A stretch of 64,000 nucleotides of DNA from an uncultured Methanoregulaceae archaeon (GTDB taxonomy: Archaea > Halobacteriota > Methanomicrobia > Methanomicrobiales > Methanospirillaceae): NCBI GenBank assembly GCA_963705255.1, contig OY970061.1, positions 1,280,001-1,344,000 on the forward strand. Direction: 5' to 3'. The notes beneath the pieces are model-generated. The model saw nothing but the letters and a program-made list of their open reading frames with translations, was not told where the DNA came from and searched no databases. A program made the translations under genes and the position numbers. Positions 53,604-63,303 of this stretch are shown here, piece after piece. Positions within the stretch are counted from its first letter, which is position 1; each line of letters starts with the position of its first letter.

Positions 53604-54809
53604 ATGAAAAAACCGTCACGGACACGGGTGCCCGATACTGGACTGGCTTCTTCCATCAAGGCTATGTCGCAAAAACGAGAGTCGCTCCTCTCCCCGCTCG
53701 CAACTACGGGCGCCGATGCGGTCCGGAGGCACAACCGGACACCGGATGATATCCGGACCCCCTATTCACGCGATGCAGACCGGATCATCCACACCCGGGC
53801 GTACACGCGGTACATTGACAAGACCCAGGTCTTCTTCTTCGTGGAGAACGACCACATCACCCACCGGGTCATCCACGTCCAGCTGGTCTCGAAGATCGCA
53901 CGGACGATCGGGCGGTGCCTCCGGCTCAACGAGGACCTGATCGAAGCAATAGCACTCGGCCACGACATCGGGCATATCCCTTACGGCCATTTCGGCGAGT
54001 CCTGCCTCTCTGGGATTTGCGGGCAGCACGGGATCGGGAAGTTCTTCCACAACGTCCAGAGCGTCCGTTTCCTCGACCAGATCGAGGACTGCGACCTGAC
54101 CATGCAGGTGCTGGACGGCGTCCTCTGCCACAACGGCGAGGCCGACGATGTCCGGATACGGGCGGAGCCCTGTACCGGCTGGCTCGCGTTCGACAAGAAA
54201 GTGCAGGACAACGCTGACGGAAGGCGCTCCCGCTCGCCCATGACGCTCGAGGGATGCGTGGTTAAGTTCGCCGACACCATCGCGTATATCGGGCGCGATC
54301 TGCAGGATGCCCGGGAAGTTGGCCTCATCGGGGCAGGCGAGGAGATCCCGGAGCAGTCGAAAGAGGTCCTCGGCGGGACAAACCGTGAGATCATCAACAC
54401 CCTGATCTACGACCTGCTGGAGAACAGCGAGACCGAGAACGAGGGATACATCTCCTACAGCAGGGACGTCGAGTCCGCCCTGATCGCCCTGCGTACCTAT
54501 TCGCGGGAGCGGATCTACGACAACCCGGTCCTGACCGCGGAACGGGGCAAGATCCGCCGGATGTACTCAACCCTGTTCTTATCCTGTCTCGAAGATATCA
54601 AAAGGGACGATAAAAGCGCAAGGATCTTTACGGATTTTATCGCGTCCGGCTGGACCAGTCCCCGCTATCTCGGGTCTGCAACACCTGCCGAACTGGTGAG
54701 GGACTTCATCGCCGGTATGACCGACCGGTACTTTGCAAAACGGTACGAGGAGTGCGTGATCCCCCGCAGGACCGAGGGTAAGTTCTGCAGCCAGCTGGAA
54801 CGGACCTGA
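53604..54809 (+). CDS. dGTP triphosphohydrolase-like HD-domain protein
   Basis: RDADRIIH, KTQVF, HDIGHIPYGHFGE, ADTIAY, RDFIAGMTD. Confidence 0.9.
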   Translation: MKKPSRTRVPDTGLASSIKAMSQKRESLLSPLATTGADAVRRHNRTPDDIRTPYSRDADRIIHTRAYTRYIDKTQVFFFVENDHITHRVIHVQLVSKIARTIGRCLRLNEDLIEAIALGHDIGHIPYGHFGESCLSGICGQHGIGKFFHNVQSVRFLDQIEDCDLTMQVLDGVLCHNGEADDVRIRAEPCTGWLAFDKKVQDNADGRRSRSPMTLEGCVVKFADTIAYIGRDLQDAREVGLIGAGEEIPEQSKEVLGGTNREIINTLIYDLLENSETENEGYISYSRDVESALIALRTYSRERIYDNPVLTAERGKIRRMYSTLFLSCLEDIKRDDKSARIFTDFIASGWTSPRYLGSATPAELVRDFIAGMTDRYFAKRYEECVIPRRTEGKFCSQLERT

Positions 54810-54812
54810 ACG

Positions 54813-55011
54813 TCAGTCGTATTTTCCCTTGGGCTCGGCCCAGCCGGTGAACCCACAGTAGATGCAGCCCACGCCCTCGCAGTGCCGGCAGGGCCTCTTC
54901 GGGGCGGCGACAAGGACGGTCCCGGTCCTGCTGCAGGTACAGGCAACCTTCCCCCCCGCAGTGTCCGCAGGTGGCGGGTTCGTAGGTCTTCCCGTTATCC
55001 GTCACAACCAT
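54813..55011 (-). CDS. Small Cys-rich zinc-finger protein, about 65 aa (frameshift at ~54937)
   Basis: Removing one base gives MVVTDNGKTYEPATCGHCGGEGCLYCSRTGTVLVAAPKRPCRHCEGVGCIYCGFTGWAEPKGKYD*; GAAGGTGG SD-like site upstream. Confidence 0.75.
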
Positions 55012-55063
55012 CCACCTTCATTCGCATACCCTCTGTAGCCGTTACCGGCAGCAGAGCGGTACA

Positions 55064-57102
55064 TCAGTCTTCGTCCTCGTCGAGATAGCCGTGGAGGGCA
55101 TCGAGGAGTTCTGCCGTGGACTGGTAGCGCTGCGCCGGGTCTTTCTCAAGGCACTTCAGGATGATCTTCTCCACTGCCTCGGTTTCGGGGTTGAACTCGC
55201 TCGGGGCGACCGCCGTCTCCCGGAGGATGGCATTTCCGACCTCCACGATACTCTCGCCGCCGAACGGGATCGACCCGGTCACCAATTCGTAGAAGACCAC
55301 GCCGAGCTGGTAGATGTCCGTGCGTTCGTCCGTCCTCCCGAACTCAGATGGAGAGACCTGTTCCGGTGCGGCATAGGAGAGCGAGAACCCGGCAACGCTC
55401 GACTTTTTCACGTCGGCTGCAAGCACCTTGCTCATCCCCCAGTCGGTGATCTTGGGCACGAGCTCCTCGGTGAGGAGGATGTTGTGGGGCTTGATGTCCC
55501 GGTGGATGAACCCGTGCCCGTGGGCGTAACGCAGACCCTCCGCCACTCCCGTGATGAGGTGGACCGCCTTCCAGACCGGCATGGGTTTCCCGACCCCCTC
55601 GAGCGAACCGGCCACGAACTCCATCTCTACGTAGGGGACCGGCAGGATATTGACTGCGGTCACCTCGACGATATTGGGGTGCCGCAGGGTCTCCCAGGCC
55701 GCGATCTCGTTCAGGAAACACTTCCCGGTCACTTCGTCAAAGCTGATCGGGATCTTGACTGCCACCCTGACACTGTCCGATTTGCGGCAGGCAGAGAAGA
55801 CCCAGGCGATCCCGCCGCGCCCCACGAACCTGATACCGGTATACTTATTCTCAAGTTCCTTTGGGAAGTAGCTCTTCTTGTCGGTTGCGGACGGGAGTGG
55901 TGATGAGGCCGTCTCGTCCACGTGAATGGTCTTATCAGCGGGGAAGGTGAGCAGGGAACGGGTGCGCCCGGCCACGGTATTGAGCACACGGGTTACCGTG
56001 GAAGCTGCCTGGACCCGGGCCTCATGAGGAGTACCACCCTTTTTCCGGGCAAAGAAATACACTCCCGCGGCTGTTGCCGCGACCAGAAGCAGGGTGACGG
56101 CAAGGCCGGCGCTCCCGAAGGGGAACTGGCCCTGTGCTGAGGGCGCCGTTGTCCTCGCCGGAACAGACGCAGTGGGATTCACTGATGGGGGGGGACTGCC
56201 GGATGGGCTGACAGGCATGGGCGCCGTACTCTGAGTAACACCGGTATAATATTCCGGCGGGTCCATCAGGGGGAACGAATCAACGATATCCTGCGGGCCC
56301 CCCCCGGACTGTTCCTCCCGGCCGAAAGGCTGATGACATAGGGTGTATCCCCGATGCCATTGCCATTCTTGTCCTGGCCGTAATAGTCGCTCCAGTAATT
56401 GCCCATCCGGCTCTCATCCATCAGGCCGAGATACGTATAGGTGAATGGGGCGGGAGAGCTCCATACGGAATCAGGGCTCTTCGAGACGACGTTTTCAGGA
56501 TTCACGAACGTGTTCCGGTATATGGAATTTGCGAGCGAACTTTCGTCTAAGGAGATCCCGACAGTATTTTTCTGCAGGACATTCTTCTCGATCAGATTCC
56601 CGCTGGAGGACTCGAGGGCTATGCCTGCCTTGTTGTTGTCGGAGATCTCATTCCCGGTGATAGTGGTTTTTCCGCCCGAGACGATTGCGATGCCCTGCGC
56701 AGTGTCCCGGATGGTATTGTTCAGGATTGTGTTGCCCTCCGACGTGATCCGGATCCCGCCCGATGAGGTACCTGACTGCACGGTGAAACCCTCGATGGTG
56801 CACCCTTTGGCAAGGACCGTGATGGCATCTCCCCGCCCGGTCGCGATCACCGGGGCTCCGCCTCCGGTATCAACACCGATCAGGGAGACCTGCCTGTCAA
56901 GTTTCAGGTTCTCCGTATAGGTCCCGCTTTTCACCAGGATGGTGTCCCCGCTGGCAGACCAGTCGATCGCGTCCTTGATGGTGACGAAATCGGCACCGGA
57001 TGGGGCAACGGTGTGTTCTGCTGCCGTGACCGGCAGGCACAGGAAGGCAAGGGTAAGGGCGACGATGAGCAGGGAGGGGAGAAAGCGGTGCATCGGGATC
57101 AC
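55064..57102 (-). CDS. Receptor-like Ser/Thr kinase: signal peptide, NosD/parallel beta-helix domain, Pro/Thr linker, TM, Hanks kinase (frameshift in C8 run 56298-56305)
   Basis: TIKDAID..SGDTI.V..GTY.E and GNYWSDY...GIGDTPY beta-helix signatures; adding one base gives DIVDSFPLMDPP and joins ORF 55064..56266 with GRGGIAWV, VAVK, HRDIKPHN, DWG, YAAPEQ, DIYQLG. Confidence 0.88.
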
Positions 57103-57180
57103 AGGCGGGTCAGAAGGTCGTGGGTGCCGGTGCGGTATGAAAAGCGGGGAGGCTTGTTCCGGGTACGGAGACAGGATACA

Positions 57181-57966
57181 TCAGCTATTCCCTGGGAGGA
57201 TCAGCAGCAGTTTCACGCCGGAAATTCCTTTTGCGAGCTCGATGAGGTCCCCATCCCGGACCGGGGCCCGGACATTCTTTTCGAGCTTCGTGTTGTTCAG
57301 CTGGGTCCCGCCGGTGCTCCCGCAGTCTTCGATGAACCAGGTCCCTTTGTCATGTACGAGCCTGCCATGCGGGCGGGAGACGCGGGTCACGGCAGTGTAA
57401 CTGTCGGAGAGGACGATATCGGAATCAGGGCGGTATGATGAGGCGTGTTCCGGGTCATTCCTGCCGATGCTGACCGTGCTGTCCCGCAGTGAGAACACTT
57501 TCCCGTCGTCAGATCCGCCAAGCGCGATTGCTGCGGGGACATTTCCCAGCACTTCCTTCGAGAGGGTACCTTTCACTTCGCCGAGACGTTTTGAGATCTC
57601 GCTTCCCACGACCTGGACCCGGGTATTGGAGAAGAGCCCGAGGTTCCTGACGATAACTTCCATCCCGCCGGGGACGAGAGAATATTCCCAGACCGGGTGT
57701 ATTCCCTTGGACGTCGGGGCGCCAAGGCCGGCCTCTTTTTTGATGACGCCTATACTCAGGAGCCTGTCGAGATGTTTTTTGGTATTTTCATAGCTCGTCT
57801 CGATCTCTTTTGAGATCGCCCGTGCGTCGCGGGGCTTTTTCCCGAGGAATTTCAATATCCTGAGCCGTGCGCTGCTCGAGAGCACATCAAGATATTCCGA
57901 GAGCTCCTCCAGCGAATCGGCTTCTTCATGGACAATTATCGTGGGAGACTTATCCGCGGAATCCAT
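57181..57966 (-). CDS. ArsR-like wHTH plus FHA domain transcriptional regulator
   Basis: N-terminal ARLRILKFL...ETSYENTKKHLDRLLSIGVI; C-terminal IGR, SRPH, DCGSTGGT, DGDLIEL FHA motifs. Confidence 0.88.
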   Translation of the reverse strand: MDSADKSPTIIVHEEADSLEELSEYLDVLSSSARLRILKFLGKKPRDARAISKEIETSYENTKKHLDRLLSIGVIKKEAGLGAPTSKGIHPVWEYSLVPGGMEVIVRNLGLFSNTRVQVVGSEISKRLGEVKGTLSKEVLGNVPAAIALGGSDDGKVFSLRDSTVSIGRNDPEHASSYRPDSDIVLSDSYTAVTRVSRPHGRLVHDKGTWFIEDCGSTGGTQLNNTKLEKNVRAPVRDGDLIELAKGISGVKLLLILPGNS

Positions 57967-58208
57967 AGCACCCCATCCGGATTCTCTCTGTTGGTGTCAC
58001 CATGTAGTCACCGGAAGATTGGGTCATGACGGTTTATATTACCTCCTCACAGGATAACCACCGTGGTTTTCTGTTGAACCCCGCGGTTATACCAACAAAC
58101 CAGGGCGATTTGGGGTATTTATCTGCAGGAGCAGAAAAAGAGTATAAGCAGGTGATGCACGAGCATAGTTCGGCATGTCACCGACCCAGGAACCGCAAGA
58201 AGGGGGAC

Positions 58209-58502
58209 ATGGACATGGACACAGGCAAGATCATCATCGGGTTTTCACTCATCCTCCTGTCCCTTGCGCTGATGGCGAACCCATCCCGTGCGGCAGGGCC
58301 GGATATCTCCTGCAGGGTTGGATGCGGGAGTGCCGTTTTTCAGGAGAGCGGCATGACATATCCTCTGACCGTGCCTGTGTTAGAGCGTTCTGTACCTCCT
58401 ACTCCTGTTTCCGCTCGAGGACCGGGCCCTGGTGAACGCACCGCAGACCCTGCTGCCATGGACAGCACGGGATTCCCCGTCAGAAGTCACCTGCCCGTTT
58501 GA
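58209..58502 (+). CDS. Hypothetical small exported protein
   Basis: Purine-rich upstream, signal-peptide-like N-terminus; no family recognised. Confidence 0.4.
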   Translation: MDMDTGKIIIGFSLILLSLALMANPSRAAGPDISCRVGCGSAVFQESGMTYPLTVPVLERSVPPTPVSARGPGPGERTADPAAMDSTGFPVRSHLPV

Positions 58503-58863
58503 ACGATGACCACCCACGTACATTCCCCCTCCTCACTGCAGAGGGCCAAGAAATCAGCCAGCAGTACACCAAGATCGCCCCGTACATCCGCGGTAATCTC
58601 TCTCTCCAGAGGCCGGGAGGGATACGAAAAGATCCCTGCCGGGTCATACATGCAAAGTCTCCACTTTTTTTACGATCGTCCGGCGCCGGTCACGGTAAAA
58701 AGAATGGCCATAAACCGCTGACCTGAACCCTTCCGTTCCCGGCAGTGTTTGTCATCAGGCAATTCCTCAAACCGTACGGATAAATCCCGTGCTGCACATA
58801 CCGGGAAAAATACCTCAGCCGAAGGCCCGGCGGGATTTTCAAATGGGGGAACACGGGAAAAAG

Positions 58864-59814
58864 TTATTTCTTTCTCACCGGAAGAAGCCAGCTGCAGAGG
58901 GCTGCAATACCGAGTGCCGCAATGGCAAGGACTCCCGGCAAGGGGGACTGCGGGGTGGCCGTCGGGTATGGCGTCGGTACCGTCAGAGTCGGTTTATGGG
59001 TCGTCACCTTTGTCAGGGCCGATCCGGGAGCGGGGGTCTGAGTCAGGGTGGCGGCGAATGTCGGCACCGGCGTAACCGTGGACGGAGTGGTCAGGCGGAC
59101 ACTGTCGATGTATCCCTCGGCAAAGATGTACATCTGCCCGTAATCGCCTATTGAACCAAGGTAAATCCGGTCCATCCCGTACAGCGGGTCGATAGTATTG
59201 ATGAAATAGCCCCAGATCTCAGTTCCGGTATTCCTATCGTTTACCCTCATGCTGAGGATATTCGTAACGTTATCATAATTCACGGTAACGTGGTACGTCG
59301 TGTTCACTTCGTATTTGGCAGTTGGCCCCTCGTACGCGATGGTGCCGCTGGTCAGGGTATCGTCATGCTGACTGTCAACCTCGACCATCTTGTTGCCGGG
59401 CGTGACCATGTGCAGCCACATGATCTGGCCGAATTTGGCGTTGGTAAATTCTGTCAGGACATTGGGGCCTTTGCCCGGGTTCATCTCTGCTCCCGAGAAG
59501 CCGAGGCGGAAGGTTGCACCATCGTCGATCCGGGTGAGCATGACATCGTATTCAAGCGTGAACGGGCCCCCGTTATAGTTGACTTCTTTATAGGCATAGG
59601 CGCCCGTGCTTGGTTGTATGGAAAAATGGTACATCCCCCGGTTCGGGTCCCAGTAATCGGTCGACGGGTTGTTCGTGATCCACCGGGGATCCGTTGAGAA
59701 CGTGCTCTGGTAGATCACGTTCACCTGCTGGTTGTCGTCAGCATGGAGCGGCGGCACGATGGCCAGCAGGCAGACTGCGATGAAGAGGTATATGAGAAAT
59801 TTCCGTAGCGTCAT
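58864..59814 (-). CDS. Secreted cell-surface protein with Thr/Pro linker and C-terminal sorting-like TM tail
   Basis: Signal peptide, beta-rich core, TPTP linker, TPQSPLPGVLAIAALG...RKK tail (archaeosortase-substrate-like). Confidence 0.8.
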   Translation of the reverse strand: MTLRKFLIYLFIAVCLLAIVPPLHADDNQQVNVIYQSTFSTDPRWITNNPSTDYWDPNRGMYHFSIQPSTGAYAYKEVNYNGGPFTLEYDVMLTRIDDGATFRLGFSGAEMNPGKGPNVLTEFTNAKFGQIMWLHMVTPGNKMVEVDSQHDDTLTSGTIAYEGPTAKYEVNTTYHVTVNYDNVTNILSMRVNDRNTGTEIWGYFINTIDPLYGMDRIYLGSIGDYGQMYIFAEGYIDSVRLTTPSTVTPVPTFAATLTQTPAPGSALTKVTTHKPTLTVPTPYPTATPQSPLPGVLAIAALGIAALCSWLLPVRKK

Positions 59815-60302
59815 GATATTCTCCTGTACTGACTTCCCGGGAGCTGCAGGAGCTGCGGGGCTCCTTCAGGCTTGCGGGTATGAATTCCCTGTCGTCCTGC
59901 CGGAAAGGGGACTGAAAAGGACTGTCGTGTATGTACTCTGTCCCGGTTTTCTTAATAATATCGAAAAGAGCCAAAACAAAAGAGATCGTGCCGGCTGTTG
60001 TCTTTCTTCCCGCGCCCCACTCCAGGACCGGGGCGGGCCCCAGCTCGGTTTTATAGTGTTGAACACAACAATTATGACCAATTGTAGCCTCAAAAGAGGC
60101 GGAGAAAGTCCCACATCGAAGATGTGAGACTGCGGCGTAAGAATTACGCCGCATGGTCTATTTAAGAAGTAGCTGTGTTAACACTATTTGAGAAAACCCA
60201 AGTTGTAATAAAAGCCGGGTTTTCGAGTTTAAATGGGAATCCTTAAAAAACACTATATTTATGTTAAAAACACGCAATATAAGAGAACAGCAACATCACC
60301 GT

Positions 60303-60372
60303 GCGATAATAGTCTAGCGGTAGGACAGGAGCTTCCCAAGCTTCTAACCCGGTTCGATCCCCGGTTATCGCA
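60303..60372 (+). tRNA. tRNA-Gly(CCC)
   Basis: Acceptor GCGATAA/TTATCGC, anticodon arm GGAGC-TTCCCAA-GCTTC, GGTTCGAT T-loop; T-stem appears one G short. Confidence 0.92.
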
Positions 60373-60380
60373 TCATTTGC

Positions 60381-61064
60381 ATGGAATCTGAACCTGAGCG
60401 CTCGGCAATCCGGATCATAGCGGAAAACCGCAGGGGCGTCCTGCGGGACATCGCCACGGTCGTTGCCGATCACGATGCCAACATCGTGATGATCAACCAG
60501 GAAGTCTTCGATTCCGGGCCGTACATCGGTCTTGCTGAACTCTATTTTGAATACGAAAGTGCTGAGGTCCGCGATCACGACCGCCTCATCAGTGACCTGA
60601 ATGGCATCGCATCCGTCAGGGACGTCAGATCCTACCAGCCGTTCGGCCATATTTTCGGGTCACGGGTGATCATCATCGGCGGCGGGGCACAGGTTGCCCA
60701 GGTCGCGCTCGGTGCGGTGAACGAGGCAGACCGGCACAACATCCGCGGCGAGCGGATCTCGGTGGACACCATCCCGCTCGTGGGCGAACGGACGCTCGCG
60801 CTTGCGGTGGACGCAGTCGCACGCCTGCCCCGGGCGTCCATTCTCGTGCTGGCCGGTTCGATCATGGGGGGGGATATCTCGAAGGCGGTGGACCGCGTCC
60901 GGGAAGCGGGGATCCCGGTGATAGCCCTCAGGATGGCGGGGACCGTGCCGGACCACGCCGACCTCGTGGTCACCGACCCGATCCAAGCCGGCGTATTTGC
61001 CGTGATGCACATCTCCAGCAAGGCTGTCTTCGATATCAACCGCGTCCGCGGACGTGAGTTCTGA
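60381..61064 (+). CDS. ACT-domain protein (DUF5612-like)
   Basis: ENRRGVLRDI ACT motif; IIGGGAQVAQVA.GA..EADRHNIRGERISVDT; DPIQAG. Confidence 0.85.
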   Translation: MESEPERSAIRIIAENRRGVLRDIATVVADHDANIVMINQEVFDSGPYIGLAELYFEYESAEVRDHDRLISDLNGIASVRDVRSYQPFGHIFGSRVIIIGGGAQVAQVALGAVNEADRHNIRGERISVDTIPLVGERTLALAVDAVARLPRASILVLAGSIMGGDISKAVDRVREAGIPVIALRMAGTVPDHADLVVTDPIQAGVFAVMHISSKAVFDINRVRGREF

Positions 61065-61636
61065 TGGATATCATTGAAAAGGCAGTCTCCATCCTGATGC
61101 ATGACGGGATCGTGGTTTATCCCACGGAGACTGTCTACGGTCTCGGGGCGGATGCGTTCTCCGATGAGGCCATTCTCAGGGTGTACGAGGCAAAGCAACG
61201 CCCGCTCTCGATGCCGGTCTCCATCGCAGTTTCGGATTTTGAGATGCTTTTCTGTGTCGCCCGCACCGAGCCGTGGATGGAGGGTTTCATCCAGGCGTTC
61301 CTCCCCGGGCCGGTGACCGTCGTCCTCCCCGCCCGGAATTGCGTGCCGGAGATCCTCACCGGGGGGACCGGCATGATCGGCATCCGGATCCCTGCCCAGG
61401 ATATCGCGCTTCGGCTGATCGAACGGTTCGACTCCCCGATAACGGCGACGAGCGCAAACCTCCACGGGTCGAAGGACCCCCGGACGCCGGACGAGTGCAC
61501 GGTCCCGAGGGACCTTCTGATCGATGGGGGCACGCTGCCCGGGGTGCCGAGCACGGTGGTCGATCTCACGGGGCGGACAATCGTGCGAAAGGGGGCCATG
61601 GCAGACAAAGTCGAAGCGTTCCTCTCGGGGAATTGA
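61064..61636 (+). CDS. tsaC: Threonylcarbamoyl-AMP synthase (YrdC/TsaC, single domain)
   Basis: YPTETVYGLGA, KQRP, PGPVT, GIRIP, TSAN, PSTVVD. Confidence 0.92.
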   Translation: MDIIEKAVSILMHDGIVVYPTETVYGLGADAFSDEAILRVYEAKQRPLSMPVSIAVSDFEMLFCVARTEPWMEGFIQAFLPGPVTVVLPARNCVPEILTGGTGMIGIRIPAQDIALRLIERFDSPITATSANLHGSKDPRTPDECTVPRDLLIDGGTLPGVPSTVVDLTGRTIVRKGAMADKVEAFLSGN

Positions 61637-61645
61637 GGCCGGGAT

Positions 61646-62578
61646 ATGCCAAGACCTGTCCGCCTTCGCGATTTCATTGAAGATGAAGACGGGTGGCTCT
61701 ACGCGGTCTCCACGTATGACAACGATGAGCGGATTGGGTGCGTGCTCAGGTACGTCCCTGATGAGCAGGGTGAACGGGTCAATGCGGAAGGCAGGCACTA
61801 TACCAAATACGATTTTGAAGAGGCCTATGACCTCATCTCCCGCCGTAAGCCGCAGTATGCCGGGCTCCTCCACCACGTCCCCCATGGGGACGTGAAGAGG
61901 GTACTGAAACCCGATCACGAGATCGGGCGGATCGCCGCTGCCCACCCGGGAGTGCAGAAACTCGTCAGCCTCTTCTCGCTACCGGCGGGTACTGTCGGGT
62001 GCACCGGCTCACTCCTCTGCGGTCTCGAGAACGAGAGTTCGGACATCGATCTGGTCGTGTACGGGAGGCACTGGTTCGAGGCGCAGGCCCGGGTCCGGGA
62101 GGGAATCCGGAGCGGCAGAATCAAAAAACTCTCCGGACCGATGTGGAGGAAGGTGTACGAGAAACGCAGACCCGAGATCAGCGACGAGGAATTTGTTCTC
62201 CACGAACAGCGGAAGTGGAACCGGGGGCAGATCGGGGGGACCTATTTCGACATCCTCTACACCCGGTCCTACGACGAGATCCGGAGAGCCCCTGCAGGCA
62301 GGGGAACAGTCACCGGGAAGATGACCATCGAAGCAGACGTGACCGATGCGTCGCTTGCCTTCGACAGCCCGGCTGTCTATGAGGTGGAGCACGAATCGGT
62401 CTCCCGGGTCCTCTCCTTCACCCATACCTACAGCGGGCAGGCGCTCGCCGGAGAGACCATCGAGGCCTGCGGCGTCTGCGAGCGCCATGGCACCGAGCTC
62501 TGGCTGGTCGTGGGTACGACCCGGGAGGCCAGGGGGGAGTATATCGTCTCGAAGACCCTCCTGGGACATCAGTTCTGA
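61646..62578 (+). CDS. Pol-beta-superfamily nucleotidyltransferase domain protein (archaeal conserved)
   Basis: LRYVPD, GCTGSLL....SSDIDLVVYG, VGTTREA.GEYI. Confidence 0.8.
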   Translation: MPRPVRLRDFIEDEDGWLYAVSTYDNDERIGCVLRYVPDEQGERVNAEGRHYTKYDFEEAYDLISRRKPQYAGLLHHVPHGDVKRVLKPDHEIGRIAAAHPGVQKLVSLFSLPAGTVGCTGSLLCGLENESSDIDLVVYGRHWFEAQARVREGIRSGRIKKLSGPMWRKVYEKRRPEISDEEFVLHEQRKWNRGQIGGTYFDILYTRSYDEIRRAPAGRGTVTGKMTIEADVTDASLAFDSPAVYEVEHESVSRVLSFTHTYSGQALAGETIEACGVCERHGTELWLVVGTTREARGEYIVSKTLLGHQF

Positions 62579-62612
62579 CTGCTGAGTGCGGGATACTTTT
62601 GCACACGCGCAC

Positions 62613-62982
62613 TCAGGAAAGGCCGGCGACCCTTACTTCAAGACGTTTCAGGAATGGATGATTCAGGATCTTCGGCCGGTACCAGACTTCGACGCAGTCT
62701 TCGGTACTGGCGGGGAAGGTATTCAAGGGACGGGACGAACCGGAACTTCCGGAGGATGTGCTGCATGATGGGGCGGGGCATCACCACCCGTACATTGTAC
62801 CCGATAGACAGCCAGGTCCGGATCAGGTCCTGGGTATTGCCCTCGCAACGGCGCCGTGAGATGATGTAGTGGAGGTAGAGCCGGTTGTCGTCCCGCACCT
62901 CCAGCCAACCGGAGAAGAGATCTTCAGAAAATCCCAGCGCGTCACCCTCCGGGGTGCCACTCTCGATCCGTTGTGCTCCCAT
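62613..62982 (-). CDS. Hypothetical protein (probable frameshift at ~62703)
   Basis: MGAQRIESGTPEGDALGF...VVMPRPIMQHIL; removing one base gives QYEDCVEVWYRP...*. Confidence 0.6.
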
Positions 62983-63303
62983 GTGATTCGCCCCTATTTC
63001 TTCTGCGGATCTGATTGTTGTCGAGGAAGCCATAAAAGGAGGAGGAATGCGCACAGTGAAAGTGCCGAATGCGGGGAACACCCGGGGATCGGGAAAGTAC
63101 AGACCAGCGGGGGGCTCAAGGATAACCCCGGGGATACGGCCGTATGGACGCCCAGGGATAACGGAGCGGAGAACAACCGGGGATGCCGGTACCGGGGCTG
63201 TTTTCCGTGTCGGATAACCCGGAAGACCCCTTCGCGAAAAGCCGCCTTTTTTCCGCAATATTCAAGTCTGATTGGAGAATACAACTGATACAGGAAAACG
63301 GAT

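Noticed and set aside
60303-60372. tRNA-Gly as an integration site, or as a non-canonical tRNA
   Set aside because: No duplicated tRNA 3' end or integrase in the window and housekeeping genes follow directly; the short T-stem fits a single missing G in a run
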